A stretch of 40,020 nt of DNA from a virus, in UHGV virus genome UHGV-0084069. One strand, written 5' to 3'. Shown piece after piece: positions 18,123 through 29,239 of this stretch; the stretch's first letter is position 1, and each line of letters starts with the position of its first letter. The translations under genes were made by a program, and so were the position numbers. The notes under the pieces were generated by a model, which was not told where the DNA came from, ran no database searches, and worked only from the letters and a program-made list of their open reading frames with translations.

Positions 18123-19305
18123 CGGAGGGTTTCGTGGTCATATTCATCGGTGTGAGATAGACATCACCACCGGGACGCGGATTCATATCTTCCAGGTCGC
18201 GGCAGTCATTGGGAGAGTAAATTCCCCAGTTGATCCCGGTGGCATAGGCTTCAAAACGGGACTTCATATCCCCGCGCAGTAACGCCCCGGCGTTAAATTT
18301 GGCGTAATAAATGCCCTGCTTACTTTTTCGTACCAGTCCGGTGTTGATCCGCTGCTCAATGCGGGTCAGATACGGCACCAGTGAATAGTTGATAAATCCC
18401 AGCCCCAGTTCTTCGATATTGTTGAAGGTGGCGCGATCGGTGTTCTGCACCATGTGCAATGGCACACGGAACAGACGACAGATTTCTTCAAGCTGAAACT
18501 TGCGGGTTTCCAGGAACTGGCTGTCCTCGGCGTTCAGCGCCATCGACTTCCAGTCCAGCCCCATCTCAAGGATCATCGGGCGGTGAGCATTACCAAGCCC
18601 GGTGTGACGCTCCTCAAAATCTTTCTTCAGGCGCTCGTAAGCCTGATCCGACAACGTCTGCTCTGTACGCAACACACCCGACGTCACCGCACCATTGCTG
18701 AACAGTCTGGCCCCGTGCTCTTCGGTCGCTGCCGCCAGCGATATTGCCTCGCGGGCATAGGCGATGGGATTCAGCCCCACCAGTCCGTCCAGCGTCAGCG
18801 TGCGCACATGCCAGATATCTTCCTGGCTCAGCACATCCGTGGAGCCGTCCGGGAATGTGACCTGATAGACCGGCTCCCAGCTACTGTTAAGCTTCGGTAC
18901 CACACAGCCGGGATCGACGGGCAGCAGTTCAGCCACTTCGCCAAATGCTTTCACTTTGTAGGCGTAAAAGTTTCCCCTCAGGCACAGACAGGTGACCACC
19001 AGATCCCAGAACTCCTGCGGCGTCATATAGCCATTGGGATGCGTGGAGATCAGTTTATGCAGACGTTCGCCGGTGGCTCTCTGCTTCAGGCTGCCGTTCA
19101 GGTGATACAGATTGCAGGGCAACATCCCGACCGACTCTGCCAGCACTCTGACGCAGGAAAAAACCGCCGTCAGTCGCATGGCCCGCTGACTGCTGATCTG
19201 CTTTCCGGTATAGGTGTCGTAGGACAACCCGATGGCATCCGCCAGCTCTGCTGGCGTGGTCACCGGTGCGTCACTTTTTCGTTGAAATAATCCAGAAAAG
19301 AACAC
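18064..19305 (-). CDS. portal protein (HK97 family)
   Basis: 413-aa ORF downstream of terL; C-terminus overlaps the protease gene. Confidence 0.8.
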   Translation of the reverse strand: MFFSGLFQRKSDAPVTTPAELADAIGLSYDTYTGKQISSQRAMRLTAVFSCVRVLAESVGMLPCNLYHLNGSLKQRATGERLHKLISTHPNGYMTPQEFWDLVVTCLCLRGNFYAYKVKAFGEVAELLPVDPGCVVPKLNSSWEPVYQVTFPDGSTDVLSQEDIWHVRTLTLDGLVGLNPIAYAREAISLAAATEEHGARLFSNGAVTSGVLRTEQTLSDQAYERLKKDFEERHTGLGNAHRPMILEMGLDWKSMALNAEDSQFLETRKFQLEEICRLFRVPLHMVQNTDRATFNNIEELGLGFINYSLVPYLTRIEQRINTGLVRKSKQGIYYAKFNAGALLRGDMKSRFEAYATGINWGIYSPNDCRDLEDMNPRPGGDVYLTPMNMTTKPSDGSKAGKQKDNANADETTS

Positions 19306-19487
19306 TATTTACCTCCGCCGACAGACGACTGTGTACGGTCGAGATATCGCGCCACCAGCCACGACCAGAACAGGCACAACGCCCCGGCAACAACAAACCC
19401 CGCCGGGGGATAAATCAGCCAGGCACCATACGCCAGCAAAAGCGCCCCCAGCACGCCCACCAGAGGCGCGAGAATCAGCATGATCAT
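19305..19487 (-). CDS. small hydrophobic protein between terL and portal
   Basis: 60-aa ORF, largely hydrophobic ([49 protein letters not shown]...). Confidence 0.4.
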
Positions 19488-19498
19488 AATTACCTCAG

Positions 19499-21232
19499 TT
19501 AAAGCGAGCGGATCCCATAGGACTCAATGTGGTCAGACAGCGTGTCTTCTTTCTCGTACAGCATGGCTCTGCCAACCGCCATAATCAGCGCAACTGCACC
19601 ATCGATTTTGTTTTCCGCCTGCTCTTTGACGGGCTTCACTAAATCATCGTTACCTGGCATGTTTTTGCCGACCACATTGCCGATACACCAGGTCATGATG
19701 GGATTGCCGTCATGATGAAAGCGTCCCGATTCAATCGCTGCCTCCAGCTCTTTCATCGGGTCGGACATATTGGCGAAGTTCTGGACGATAGTAACGGGAT
19801 TCAGGTCTTCATCAGCAAGGTCATGTGACAGCCCGGTCGCTCCGAAAGGGTCGATGGGTGACTCACTGACCGGGCTGATTTTGTTCGCCGCTTTGGCCTC
19901 TTCGAGGATGTAGCGATAATCCACCTCTGCACCATCGGTAACGGTCAGAACGCCCATTTCCACCCATTTCTGAAAGCGTTCGGCTGTCCGGCGATCTTCA
20001 TTTTTCTCGACGCTGTACACCGTGTCATACGGTACCCAGAAACGCGGGGCCACACTGTAGTAATGCGTTTTACCGTCAATCTCGCGGGTATAAAGTCGCG
20101 CCATGCTGTTCATATCCAGTTTACGCGCCAGGTCAAAGGCCAGAATGCACGGCTGCCCCTCGAACTGCTCAAGAGTCAGTGATTTATCCTCGCAGCTCTG
20201 CCAGCTCACCAGGTTGAAATACGCCGAACGCGCCGACACCCAGATATTGAGGTGTTTTGTTTTAAAGACGTTTGCCAGACGGGCGTTATTTTTCGCACGC
20301 TGCTGCTGACTTAACAAAAATTCGCGATAAACCGACACGCCAATATTTGGATTGGCTTTTTCCAGCACCTGCGGGTTGGTCCAGTCGTCACCTTCGTCAA
20401 CGGTATAGATGATCCCGAACAGTTCATCGTTGGGTACCGAACCGTTGAGCATCTCGATAACTTCCCGTCGCTTGTCGTAGCACGGCCCCTCAATGTTGTA
20501 CCCGGCAGTAGTAATGGCCCACATCAGTGGCTGACGTCGCGCCCCCATCCCGGTAAGCATCGTGGTGTAAAGCGCATCGGTGGCGTGCTCGTGATATTCA
20601 TCCACCACCGCACAGTGGGGTGATGAACCATCACCGGGGTTACCGATCAGCGGTTCAAACCGCGCGCCATCCTCCGGACGATTCATGTTTGAGGCGTTAA
20701 CCTCAATCCCGAACGCTTCCGTCAGCATGGGTGTGCGTTTACACATCAGTCGCGCCGGGCGAAAGACTTCCCACGCCTGTTTCTCTGTCGTGGCACCGGA
20801 ATACACTTCCGCGCCAAACTCGTTATCACAGACAAAACAATACAGGGCAACACCGGCAGAGATTGCCGATTTGCCGTTCTTACGGGGGATTTCGGTATAC
20901 ACCTCCCGGAAGCGGCGCAACCGGGTGCCTTTATTGACCCAGCCAAACGCACAGCAGATCACAAATAGCTGCCACGGCTCCAGCGTGATGGGCATCCTCT
21001 TGAATGCCCACTCACCCTTGGTGTGCGGCAACAGCTGAATAAATTTCGCGGCCCGTTCAGCCAGGTCCTTGTCGAAGCGGTAACGAAACGACTTACTTTT
21101 TTCCGCCATCAGGTCATCAAGATGGCGCTGGCAGGCCTGAATCACAAACTGGCAGGCCACAATCTTTCCGCGAACGACATCCCGGGCATACTGATTGGCA
21201 GCATTTACGTTGGGGTAAGATTTCCGGCTCAT
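19499..21232 (-). CDS. terminase large subunit
   Basis: 577-aa ORF; overlaps the small-subunit stop; portal follows. Confidence 0.85.
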
Positions 21233-21732
21233 GATTCGATGATTTTCAGAAACGGGTTAGTGGCTTTCTTCTTCCCCGCCAGGCCAATCAGACGCTGGCG
21301 GCTGCTGGGGTCGAGTCCGAGCATTGCCCCCGTACTGCTCATCTCGGACTCCTGTTCTTTTTTGGCGGTCAGCTCCGGATTTTTGACCATACCGCCCATT
21401 GCACCGGTGATGGTATTGCCCTGTCTGGCAATATTTTTCACGGCACGTCGCCAGAACTCGTAGGCCACGCACCACCGCTCAAGCACTGCGAGGTCAGTCA
21501 CGCACAGCAGGCCCTGACCGCAGAGTTCTTTGGTTGTCAGTTGCCACATGATCGTAGCGAGAGGGAGATCTTCTTCAGCGAACCACTCCGGTGGCTCAAC
21601 ACCTTTGATGGGCGTAAAAACAGGTTCATCTTTATTCAGGGCTCGCTTGCCGGGGTTTCCGGCCAGCGCCTTGCGCGCCGTTGGCTTGGGGCGACGCCCG
21701 GAACGCCCCGCCGTTCCAGCCATATGCGGCAC
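21229..21732 (-). CDS. terminase small subunit (P27 family)
   Basis: 167-aa ORF ([30 protein letters not shown]...) directly upstream of terL. Confidence 0.75.
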   Translation of the reverse strand: MPHMAGTAGRSGRRPKPTARKALAGNPGKRALNKDEPVFTPIKGVEPPEWFAEEDLPLATIMWQLTTKELCGQGLLCVTDLAVLERWCVAYEFWRRAVKNIARQGNTITGAMGGMVKNPELTAKKEQESEMSSTGAMLGLDPSSRQRLIGLAGKKKATNPFLKIIES

Positions 21733-21848
21733 TCCTGGTTAAATTTCATTTTTCGCGGGTATAAAAAAACGATGGGGCGGGCAGTCCGGAAGACGTCAGG
21801 CCGCAGGGATTTGACCCGCCCCTCCCCTCAGGCAGTTGAGAATCATTA
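21733..21848. other. candidate cos region between the HNH and terS genes
   Basis: GC-rich inverted repeat GGGGCGGG ... CCCGCCCC in the HNH-terS spacer, the usual cos position in HK97-type packaging modules. Confidence 0.3.
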
Positions 21849-22199
21849 TCACTTCAACCGTTCACGGGCCGTCTTCGCCTTATGACACGGCCAGCACAGA
21901 CTCTGCAGATTACAGTCGGCATCAGTGCCGCCATGCGCTTTAGGGATGATGTGGTCAACGGTTTTCGCCTCACGTACCACACCACCACGCAGACATAACT
22001 GACACAGGCCTTTGTCACGCTTCAGTACACGTTCACGGATAGCATCCCATTTCGAACCGTAGCCGCGCTGATGACGGGACTGGCCTGGCTTGTATTGCCT
22101 CCAGCCTTCGCTTTTGTGGCTTTCGCAGTAGCCTGACGGGTCTGTGGTGGTATGGCGGCAGCCACGAACACGGCAGGCTTTTGGGATTCGTGATGGCAT
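21849..22199 (-). CDS. HNH endonuclease (packaging-associated)
   Basis: Cys/His-rich HNH motifs (CQLCLRGG...VDHIIPKAHGG...CWPCH); start set at the internal Met (MPSRIP...) preceded by GGAG; the ORF track extends to 22298. Confidence 0.7.
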   Translation of the reverse strand: MPSRIPKACRVRGCRHTTTDPSGYCESHKSEGWRQYKPGQSRHQRGYGSKWDAIRERVLKRDKGLCQLCLRGGVVREAKTVDHIIPKAHGGTDADCNLQSLCWPCHKAKTARERLK

Positions 22200-22724
22200 A
22201 TGTACTCCAATGAAGAAGCCACCGACATAGCCTCCTCCATTCATCGTGAAACTATTTTCATCTACCCAGTAATGAATTCTTTGTAGAGTTGTGATCAATA
22301 CAACTCACTAATGGAGAGGCTTGTCCAACACGTTGGACAAGTTTCCTGTTTGATTTACTGGACACTATAGAAGGACAGAATGCCTTCATCACTCGAATAA
22401 CATCAATTAAGGAGGTTCAACATGTTTCATTCCACAAATCATCAGGCTGTAATTATGGCTGCATCAGCTTGTGCCACAGACCTTTTCCGCTTCACTTTGA
22501 GCCTGATTCATTTCTACCTGACCGGCTCGCCTCTATCTTTTTAATCCCCGCTTTATCCAAATTGCATTGCCAGAATGCCGACAACAGACTGACATTCAAA
22601 TCCTGACTACCTCCAATAGTCTGACCGTACACCTATATAGTTTTAATTTTCATCAATCCATTTAACTATCGTTTAATTGTTGTCACATAGGATTCTGCCG
22701 TTTTTAACAATGCAGGATAATAAG

Positions 22725-23018
22725 ATGAAAAAAATGTTGTTTTCTGCCGCTCTGGCAATGCTTATTACAGGATGTGCTCAACAGACGTTTACTGTTGGAA
22801 ACAAACCGACAGCAGTAACACCAAAGGAAACCATCACCCATCATTTCTTCGTTTCGGGAATTGGACAGGAGAAAACTGTTGATGCAGCCAAAATTTGTGG
22901 CGGCGCAGAAAATGTTGTTAAAACAGAAACCCAGCAAACATTCGTAAATGGATTGCTCGGTTTTATTACTTTAGGCATTTATACTCCGCTGGAAGCGCGT
23001 GTGTATTGCTCACAATAA
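22725..23018 (+). CDS. bor: Bor lipoprotein (serum-resistance moron)
   Basis: MKKMLFSAALAMLITGCAQQTFTV... with a lipobox; 97 aa; opposite strand to the late operon, as in lambda and DLP12. Confidence 0.8.
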   Translation: MKKMLFSAALAMLITGCAQQTFTVGNKPTAVTPKETITHHFFVSGIGQEKTVDAAKICGGAENVVKTETQQTFVNGLLGFITLGIYTPLEARVYCSQ

Positions 23019-23049
23019 TTGCATGAGTTGCCCATCGATATGGGCAGCT

Positions 23050-23511
23050 CTATCTGCACTGCTCATTAATATACTTCTGGGTTCCTTCCAGTTGTTTTTG
23101 CATAGTGATCAGCCTCTCTCTGAGGGTGAAATAATCCCGTTCAGCGGTGTCTGCCAGTCGGGGGGAGGCTGCATTATCCACGCCGGAGGCGGTGGTGGCT
23201 TCACGCACTGACTGACAGACTGCTTTGATGTGCAACCGACGACGACCAGCGGCAACATCATCACGCAGAGCATCATTTTCAGCTTTCGCATTAGCTAACT
23301 CCTTCGTGTATTTTTCATCCAGTGCAGCAACATCACGCTGGCGCATCTGCATGTCAGTAATTGCCGCGTTCGCCAGCTTCAGTTCTCTGGCATTTTTGTC
23401 GCGCTGGGCTTTGTAGGTAATGGCGTTATCACGGTAATGATTAACAGCCCATGACAGGCAGACGATGATGCAGATAACCAGAGCGGAGATAATCGCGGTT
23501 ACTCTGTTCAT
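23050..23511 (-). CDS. i-spanin Rz
   Basis: N-terminal TM segment plus coiled coil; ATG overlaps the endolysin stop (ATGA); contains the embedded Rz1 frame. Confidence 0.75.
   Translation of the reverse strand: MNRVTAIISALVICIIVCLSWAVNHYRDNAITYKAQRDKNARELKLANAAITDMQMRQRDVAALDEKYTKELANAKAENDALRDDVAAGRRRLHIKAVCQSVREATTASGVDNAASPRLADTAERDYFTLRERLITMQKQLEGTQKYINEQCR
23109..23291 (-). CDS. o-spanin Rz1 (lipoprotein embedded in the +1 frame of Rz)
   Basis: Lipobox VVGC followed by a Pro-rich sequence ([18 protein letters not shown]), fully inside Rz. Confidence 0.65.
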   Translation of the reverse strand: MRKLKMMLCVMMLPLVVVGCTSKQSVSQCVKPPPPPAWIMQPPPDWQTPLNGIISPSERG

Positions 23512-24005
23512 TGCTGACCCCACAAACAGATTTCACGCTCAATCTCACGACGAGTCATGAGACCTTTCCATTGCTTACCGCCAGCATATGTCCAGCGACG
23601 TAGCTGATCACATGCGCCTTTGATATCGCCCTGGTTTATTTTGCGAAGAAGCGTCGATGTTCTGAAATTGCCAGCGCCCACGTTGTAAACGAACGAGTAA
23701 AGAGCGCCGCGCGTTGTTTCCGGTATATCAACTTTTATGTACGGGTTAATTTGTCTGGCGACCGTGGCAAGGTCTTTATTCAGGAGGGCTTTGCATTCTG
23801 CTTTGGTATACGTTTTACCGAGCATGATGTCTTTTCCTGTATGCCCGTGACATACAGTCCATACACCAACAATATCTTTGTATGGTATGTAGCTGACACC
23901 TTCCAGACCATCGTTACCACTTGGGCCAGTAATTAACACTGATGCTATAGCAATTGCTCCGCCACCAATAGCAGCAGCAACGGCTTTTCGTAATGATGGA
24001 GGCAT
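23508..24005 (-). CDS. SAR endolysin (phage 21 R-type lysozyme)
   Basis: 165 aa with an N-terminal Gly/Ala-rich signal-anchor-release segment ([20 protein letters not shown]); overlaps the holin stop. Confidence 0.85.
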   Translation of the reverse strand: MPPSLRKAVAAAIGGGAIAIASVLITGPSGNDGLEGVSYIPYKDIVGVWTVCHGHTGKDIMLGKTYTKAECKALLNKDLATVARQINPYIKVDIPETTRGALYSFVYNVGAGNFRTSTLLRKINQGDIKGACDQLRRWTYAGGKQWKGLMTRREIEREICLWGQQ

Positions 24006-24220
24006 TATTCACCTCTCGCAGCCTTGCGCTTATCTTCTTTAATCTTGAAATAAAGGTTTGTCAGGTACGTCAGCAGGCCAAATACCAGGCTACCCAGCAC
24101 TCCAATTGCCGCCCACTGTGAGGGCGTGACTTTATCTAGCAGCTGTAAAAACCAGTACCCGGCACTACCTGCTGAGGTGCCATAGGCGACACCCGTTGTT
24201 AACTTATCCATGGATTTCAT
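24005..24220 (-). CDS. pinholin (phage 21 S-type) with dual start motif
   Basis: 71 aa beginning MKSMDK (Met1 and Met4 give antiholin and holin forms); two TM segments. Confidence 0.8.
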
Positions 24221-24791
24221 AACCCCACCTCGCAGACAAAGCGGGTGTAAATTGAGGGAATACTACGAAACGTAACAGACTCGGAGTCAGTGAATAACTC
24301 AGGTATTGGGTTATCAGCTAATATCGAGACTCAAAAAATGGAAAAACCCGCTCGACGGCGGGTTTAAGCTGTGTGACGAAGTAACCACTCTTAACAGCAT
24401 AACCAATTTTTTACGTACGTAAACCACTAAATGATATTTGCGAGAATGCTACCGAGTATTGAAAACACCACTACAAATACATAAGCAAATCTCAACAAAT
24501 AACCAACAAATAATTTCCAGCGTTATTTTTAGCCGATTTAAATTGAACCTTCAAATTATAGAGCACTTATAAATAACAGCCATTAATATAAATTGGCTAA
24601 TAGATTTATTTTTATTCAGCCAAGAGCCATGAATAGGATTCGATAGAAAAAGTTCAGATAAAAATAGAGATCTACTTCACAAATCAAATGAGAAACCAAA
24701 ACTTACATCTTGAAATAATCACATTGATTAGATGAATATTTATCGCGCAGTGACATCATTTTTTAATAATAGTTCAAAAAAAGGGCTCACG

Positions 24792-25874
24792 ATGAAAAAA
24801 TTAACAGTGGCAATTTCTGCTGTAGCTGCATCAGTACTGATGGCGATGTCTGCTCAGGCAGCTGAAATTTATAATAAAGACAGTAACAAGCTGGATCTGT
24901 ACGGGAAAGTTAATGCTAAGCACTACTTCTCCTCTAATGATGCAGATGATGGTGATACTACTTATGCCCGTCTTGGCTTCAAAGGTGAAACCCAAATCAA
25001 CGATCAACTGACTGGTTTCGGTCAGTGGGAATATGAATTCAAAGGCAACCGCGCTGAATCTCAAGGTTCCTCCAAAGATAAAACCCGTCTTGCCTTCGCT
25101 GGCCTGAAATTCGGTGACTACGGCTCCATCGATTATGGCCGTAACTACGGTGTAGCATACGATATTGGTGCATGGACCGACGTTCTGCCAGAATTCGGTG
25201 GCGATACCTGGACCCAAACAGATGTATTCATGACTGGTCGCACCACAGGTGTTGCAACTTATCGTAACAATGACTTCTTTGGTCTGGTTGATGGTCTGAA
25301 CTTTGCTGCTCAGTATCAGGGTAAAAATGACCGCACTGACGTAACTGAAGCTAATGGTGATGGTTTCGGTTTCTCCACTACTTATGAGTATGAAGGATTC
25401 GGTGTAGGTGCAACCTATGCTAAATCTGACCGCACTAATAATCAGGTTATCTACGGTAACAACAGCCTGAATGCATCTGGTCAAAATGCTGAAGTATGGG
25501 CAGCTGGTCTGAAATATGATGCGAACAACATCTATCTGGCTACCACCTATTCTGAAACCCAGAACATGACTGTTTTTGGTAATAACCATATTGCCAACAA
25601 AGCACAAAACTTCGAAGTAGTTGCACAATATCAGTTCGACTTCGGTCTGCGTCCGTCCGTTGCTTACCTGCAATCTAAAGGAAAAGACTTGGGTGCGTGG
25701 GGTGATCAGGACCTGGTTGAATATATTGATGTAGGTGCAACCTATTACTTCAACAAAAATATGTCCACTTTTGTTGATTACAAAATCAACCTGATTGATA
25801 AGAGCGATTTCACGAAAGCATCTGGCGTTGCTACCGATGATATCGTTGCTGTAGGTATGGTTTACCAGTTCTAA
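24792..25874 (+). CDS. nmpC: outer-membrane general porin, OmpC/NmpC (Lc) family, prophage-encoded
   Basis: Signal peptide [23 protein letters not shown] then [16 protein letters not shown]...; C-terminal ...VGMVYQF; lies between Q and the lysis genes on the opposite strand, as nmpC does in DLP12. Confidence 0.85.
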   Translation: MKKLTVAISAVAASVLMAMSAQAAEIYNKDSNKLDLYGKVNAKHYFSSNDADDGDTTYARLGFKGETQINDQLTGFGQWEYEFKGNRAESQGSSKDKTRLAFAGLKFGDYGSIDYGRNYGVAYDIGAWTDVLPEFGGDTWTQTDVFMTGRTTGVATYRNNDFFGLVDGLNFAAQYQGKNDRTDVTEANGDGFGFSTTYEYEGFGVGATYAKSDRTNNQVIYGNNSLNASGQNAEVWAAGLKYDANNIYLATTYSETQNMTVFGNNHIANKAQNFEVVAQYQFDFGLRPSVAYLQSKGKDLGAWGDQDLVEYIDVGATYYFNKNMSTFVDYKINLIDKSDFTKASGVATDDIVAVGMVYQF

Positions 25875-26011
25875 TTTGATTACTAAAAGATATGTTGCGG
25901 GAGGCTTTGCCTCCCCAACATATAAGTGGCTCCCTCAAGCCACTTCCTTTAGGAGCACAACCTTGCTTCTAACTATATAAACCTTCTGTTATATATTACC
26001 CTTTATTTTTG

Positions 26012-26046
26012 GGGGCGTCTCAACGCCCCATTTTTAATAATTTTTA
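26012..26046 (+). terminator. rho-independent terminator downstream of the porin gene
   Basis: GGGGCGT-CTCAA-ACGCCCC stem-loop followed by ATTTTTAATAATTTTT. Confidence 0.5.
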
Positions 26047-26062
26047 GTAAACAATTGGCATA

Positions 26063-26446
26063 TTAATTAGAGTTATTAACAACGATATCCATCTCTAACC
26101 GGATATCTAATGCCATTAACATCCCTTCAATTATACCCTCAGCCTTCTGTAACCTTTTCCCGATATAACCATCAGAGCAGCAATGCTTACCTGCCAGTGA
26201 CATGAATGTCATACCGACTACATAATAATCTACTAATAAATCGTGCAAATCGCTGTTGTTCTTTTTCAGACGGGCCATGCACCCGCAAATGATCATCGCG
26301 TCATCGTCACAACATTGCGGGCGAGATTTTACTTTTGAAGGAATTAATCCCTTAAAACCGGCGGCAATGGACGACCAGGTCACATCTTCATGATTATTAG
26401 CCGCCCACGCTCCCCAACGCTCAAGAACCATCTGAATATCACGCAT
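26063..26446 (-). CDS. late antiterminator Q (phage 21/82 type)
   Basis: [24 protein letters not shown]...; Cys-rich zinc-binding region; located before the lysis cassette. Confidence 0.8.
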   Translation of the reverse strand: MRDIQMVLERWGAWAANNHEDVTWSSIAAGFKGLIPSKVKSRPQCCDDDAMIICGCMARLKKNNSDLHDLLVDYYVVGMTFMSLAGKHCCSDGYIGKRLQKAEGIIEGMLMALDIRLEMDIVVNNSN

Positions 26447-26531
26447 CAACTTACTCCACAAAAATCAGACCAGAACGCCAATTACAAGCAAAAATCAATA
26501 AAACAGTATTAGTTGATTGTTATCTCTGGCT

Positions 26532-26669
26532 TCATACTCCTGCTCCTGTCAGGGTTTTGGCGTAATTCTTCAGTATTCGGTAATCGGTCAAAACAGAACC
26601 GGGGAAACGATATAAGCGCAGATGCCCCCAGCGGTGGCGAAGAAGTTCTGCCATATAAAACTCAAACAT
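26532..26669 (-). CDS. YlcG-like small protein
   Basis: 45-aa [48 protein letters not shown]; ATG overlaps the rusA stop (TGATG). Confidence 0.45.
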   Translation of the reverse strand: MFEFYMAELLRHRWGHLRLYRFPGSVLTDYRILKNYAKTLTGAGV

Positions 26670-27031
26670 CATTCATTCCCCATTTCGGTGATGGTCAGTT
26701 CCAGCCTCCCACCTTTGGTAACAGGCATCTTCACAACACGGTAATCAACGACCTGAGCATCATCCAGCCAGAAACCTGCTTTAGTGAGTGCGTCAAAAGC
26801 GGCTTTTTGCAGATTATCCAGGTCACGGCGACGGCGATCCGGCATGTGGCACTCAATGCGGATTTTCACAGGCATAGCCAGGCCGATATCCAGCATTGCG
26901 TTTTTAATGATTCGGGCGACGTTATCGCGGTATGCCTGCCCCTCTGCGCTGACGTGCGTGCGCCCGCGATTATGGCGGTAATAGCGATTATTGCTCGGAG
27001 GCCAGGGTAATGTGATGCTGTAGGTATTCAC
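26669..27031 (-). CDS. rusA: Holliday junction resolvase RusA
   Basis: 120 aa, [26 protein letters not shown]... Confidence 0.9.
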   Translation of the reverse strand: MNTYSITLPWPPSNNRYYRHNRGRTHVSAEGQAYRDNVARIIKNAMLDIGLAMPVKIRIECHMPDRRRRDLDNLQKAAFDALTKAGFWLDDAQVVDYRVVKMPVTKGGRLELTITEMGNE

Positions 27032-27318
27032 GCCTTAATAACCCCCTCTTTCAGCCAGATAACCTGTGTTCTCGCCATACCTTCCAGCGCGCATTCTTTT
27101 GCATATGCAGCATCGACAAAATGTGTGCGGCGGTCGATTTCGTCGTGGCAGGCAGAACATGCAATGGTGGCAATCAGGTCTGGCGGTTTGGTACCGGTGC
27201 CGCACAATCCAGTCAGCCGGATATGTGCCAGTACAGACGTTTCAGGGTTGCCATTACATACGCCAGGGATTCTTACCTGGCATTCCCGACTACGCGCTGC
27301 TTTTCTCAAATCAGCCAT
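27028..27318 (-). CDS. DUF1364-family nin-region protein (YbcO-like)
   Basis: Start at the internal ATG ([23 protein letters not shown]...) preceded by AAGGAGG; four-Cys motif; the track ORF starts at an upstream TTG. Confidence 0.65.
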   Translation of the reverse strand: MADLRKAARSRECQVRIPGVCNGNPETSVLAHIRLTGLCGTGTKPPDLIATIACSACHDEIDRRTHFVDAAYAKECALEGMARTQVIWLKEGVIKA

Positions 27319-27481
27319 GATTCCTCCTTGCTGCCAGTCGCAACCATTTTTTATCAACCAGGCTGGCGGTATATCCGAGCAGTGTTGGTATTTCGGAAGG
27401 CTTCAGCTCCGGTTTACGCTTACGACGATTTGGTACTCTGTAGATGTGTCCGTTCATGACCCGAATAAGCGGTGTAGCCAT
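27311..27481 (-). CDS. ninE: NinE-like protein
   Basis: 56-aa [40 protein letters not shown]...; ATG overlaps the ninB stop (TAATG) and its stop overlaps the ybcO-like start. Confidence 0.5.
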   Translation of the reverse strand: MATPLIRVMNGHIYRVPNRRKRKPELKPSEIPTLLGYTASLVDKKWLRLAARRNHG

Positions 27482-27936
27482 TACGCCTCCTGCTTGTCGC
27501 GCAGCAGCTGGAACTCGCAGCTCTGCGGAATAGTCAGGTGGCAGCCAATATTCATCGCCCAGGCTTCAACCTTACACAGGAAGACATACATCTCTCCGGT
27601 ATCAAGATCGGAGGTATGGCGTAACGACTGGATAGTAGTGATTTCGCCGGTTACGACATCAACCAAGTCCTTGGTTTCATAACCGAGGTATGTGTGTTTG
27701 AGTGCATCTTTTACCCATACTGCAGTAGCGAACGTTTTCCCCCTGCTGATGAGGTACTCGCTGATTTCGCTGTACCACATGTGGCTGAGTGCATTCTGGG
27801 AAAGACTGCGTCTTTCGCGCCACGGTTTAAGCACCATGCGAAAGCATTTGCCGTCCTCCAGATAAGACTGGATCTGCTGACCGATAGCGGTGAAGTTACC
27901 GCGATGCAATTTGATACCGTCTTGTGGGAGGTTCAC
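27481..27936 (-). CDS. ninB: NinB / Orf-family recombination mediator
   Basis: 151 aa; ...[17 protein letters not shown]... resembles the NinB core. Confidence 0.7.
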   Translation of the reverse strand: MNLPQDGIKLHRGNFTAIGQQIQSYLEDGKCFRMVLKPWRERRSLSQNALSHMWYSEISEYLISRGKTFATAVWVKDALKHTYLGYETKDLVDVVTGEITTIQSLRHTSDLDTGEMYVFLCKVEAWAMNIGCHLTIPQSCEFQLLRDKQEA

Positions 27937-28130
27937 GCTTCACCTCCGCAGAGGTCAAACGTTGGATGCAAAAAAACGCAGGTGCATTTCTGCATCTGTG
28001 AATGGAGAAGATAGGTTGGATTGTATGTGCGCATAAACGTCCCCGTTTAGCGCAGAAGTCACCGGAGTTGTTCAGGCTCCAATGGCATGATTATGGCTGG
28101 TTGATTATTGGAAATCAAATGTGCTGAAAA

Positions 28131-28385
28131 TTAGTCTGCCAAGTCTTCCTCAGTCGCAACTGGGTAATTCCAAATATCAAAAAAAGCTATAGCCTCCTGC
28201 CATTTGCTCCATAAGTTATCAAGTACTTGTGTAGGTTCCGTACTTTTAAAAACAGAATCAGCCGCATCACCGTTATGAACTTCCTCGTACAGTTCCATTA
28301 TTAGCAGATTAACAAAGTACTGTTTCAACATTAATGCCTGATTACCTTCTTTCTGCTGGCTATCCTGCTTGATGATCTCCATCAC
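28131..28385 (-). CDS. hypothetical acidic protein (AT-rich cargo)
   Basis: 84-aa ORF in low-GC DNA at the edge of the accessory island. Confidence 0.35.
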   Translation of the reverse strand: MMEIIKQDSQQKEGNQALMLKQYFVNLLIMELYEEVHNGDAADSVFKSTEPTQVLDNLWSKWQEAIAFFDIWNYPVATEEDLAD

Positions 28386-29239
28386 CCGTACTAGGCACCT
28401 GATGATATCCGCTGCATCATTAACGCTCCATTCAGATCTGCGCTTATCTTTAGCTGATGTATTTGCTCTCTCAGCACAAGCCTTTAAAGGCTAATAAAGG
28501 TAAAGTCTATTTTGTAGCTGTAGCGTTTTTTTAAGTACTTCTTCTTGGCAAATGCCCCCTATGCTGCAACCAATGTGCCAATCGCAGAAATACCCGCCAC
28601 CATTGCAACTCCAGTCTGAACCGTCAAAGCCCCATATAATCATCACTCCTTATAAAATACTCTGTCAGTAATATCTAATAGGGGATTTTGGTAAGCAATA
28701 AAATTTATATCCATATCAGTTTATAATCTTTTCGGGCTGCTAACAGTGGATATCCAGTAGCTCTCACTCGCCACAGTGATGAATACCTGAGTATTCACTA
28801 ACTTCTATCACAGAGGGCAGGAAAAACCAGAAAAATGGCGCCCCAAAACATATATAATTAAAAGAGAAACATTTTCCGTTAAATGATATAGCTTCGACTA
28901 AATTCATTCTAAGCATACATAAAAACGAAGCCCTCTTTTTTATGTATGCACTAATTTGAGCTAGAATTAATAAACACATATTGTTAACTGGATGCACTTA
29001 AATCTAGGACCAGCAAACAGTATTGATACAATCTCATTCACGTCTACCAATTCACTTATCACAATAAGTTAAGTGAATTAACAACCCATCAAAAATACGC
29101 AAAAACATATCATCTTCAATGCATTACATTAAAAGAACCACTAAACACTTGTTTACTAAATATTTCACAAAGATAATTATAATAAACACCAACACCCCCA
29201 CCAATAAAATATAAAAAAGGGGGGGTATTGCAACAGAAA

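Noticed and set aside
24831-25673. 280-aa - strand ORF antisense to the porin gene
   Set aside because: The porin reading frame has a clear signal peptide and the conserved porin C-terminus; the antisense frame is low-complexity and lacks a start context.
28443-28595. 50-codon Cys/Gly-rich frame (MIIWGFDGSDWSCNGGGYFCDWHIGCSIGGIC...) that could suggest a small bacteriocin-like peptide next to the acidic 84-aa ORF
   Set aside because: The Shine-Dalgarno-like AAGGAG is only 2 nt from the ATG, and there is no recognisable leader or export partner; more likely a chance frame in AT-rich DNA or a gene relic.
28764-28997. 77-aa - strand ORF in the AT-rich gap
   Set aside because: Low-complexity, Phe/Cys-rich translation with no start context; likely a chance frame or pseudogene fragment.
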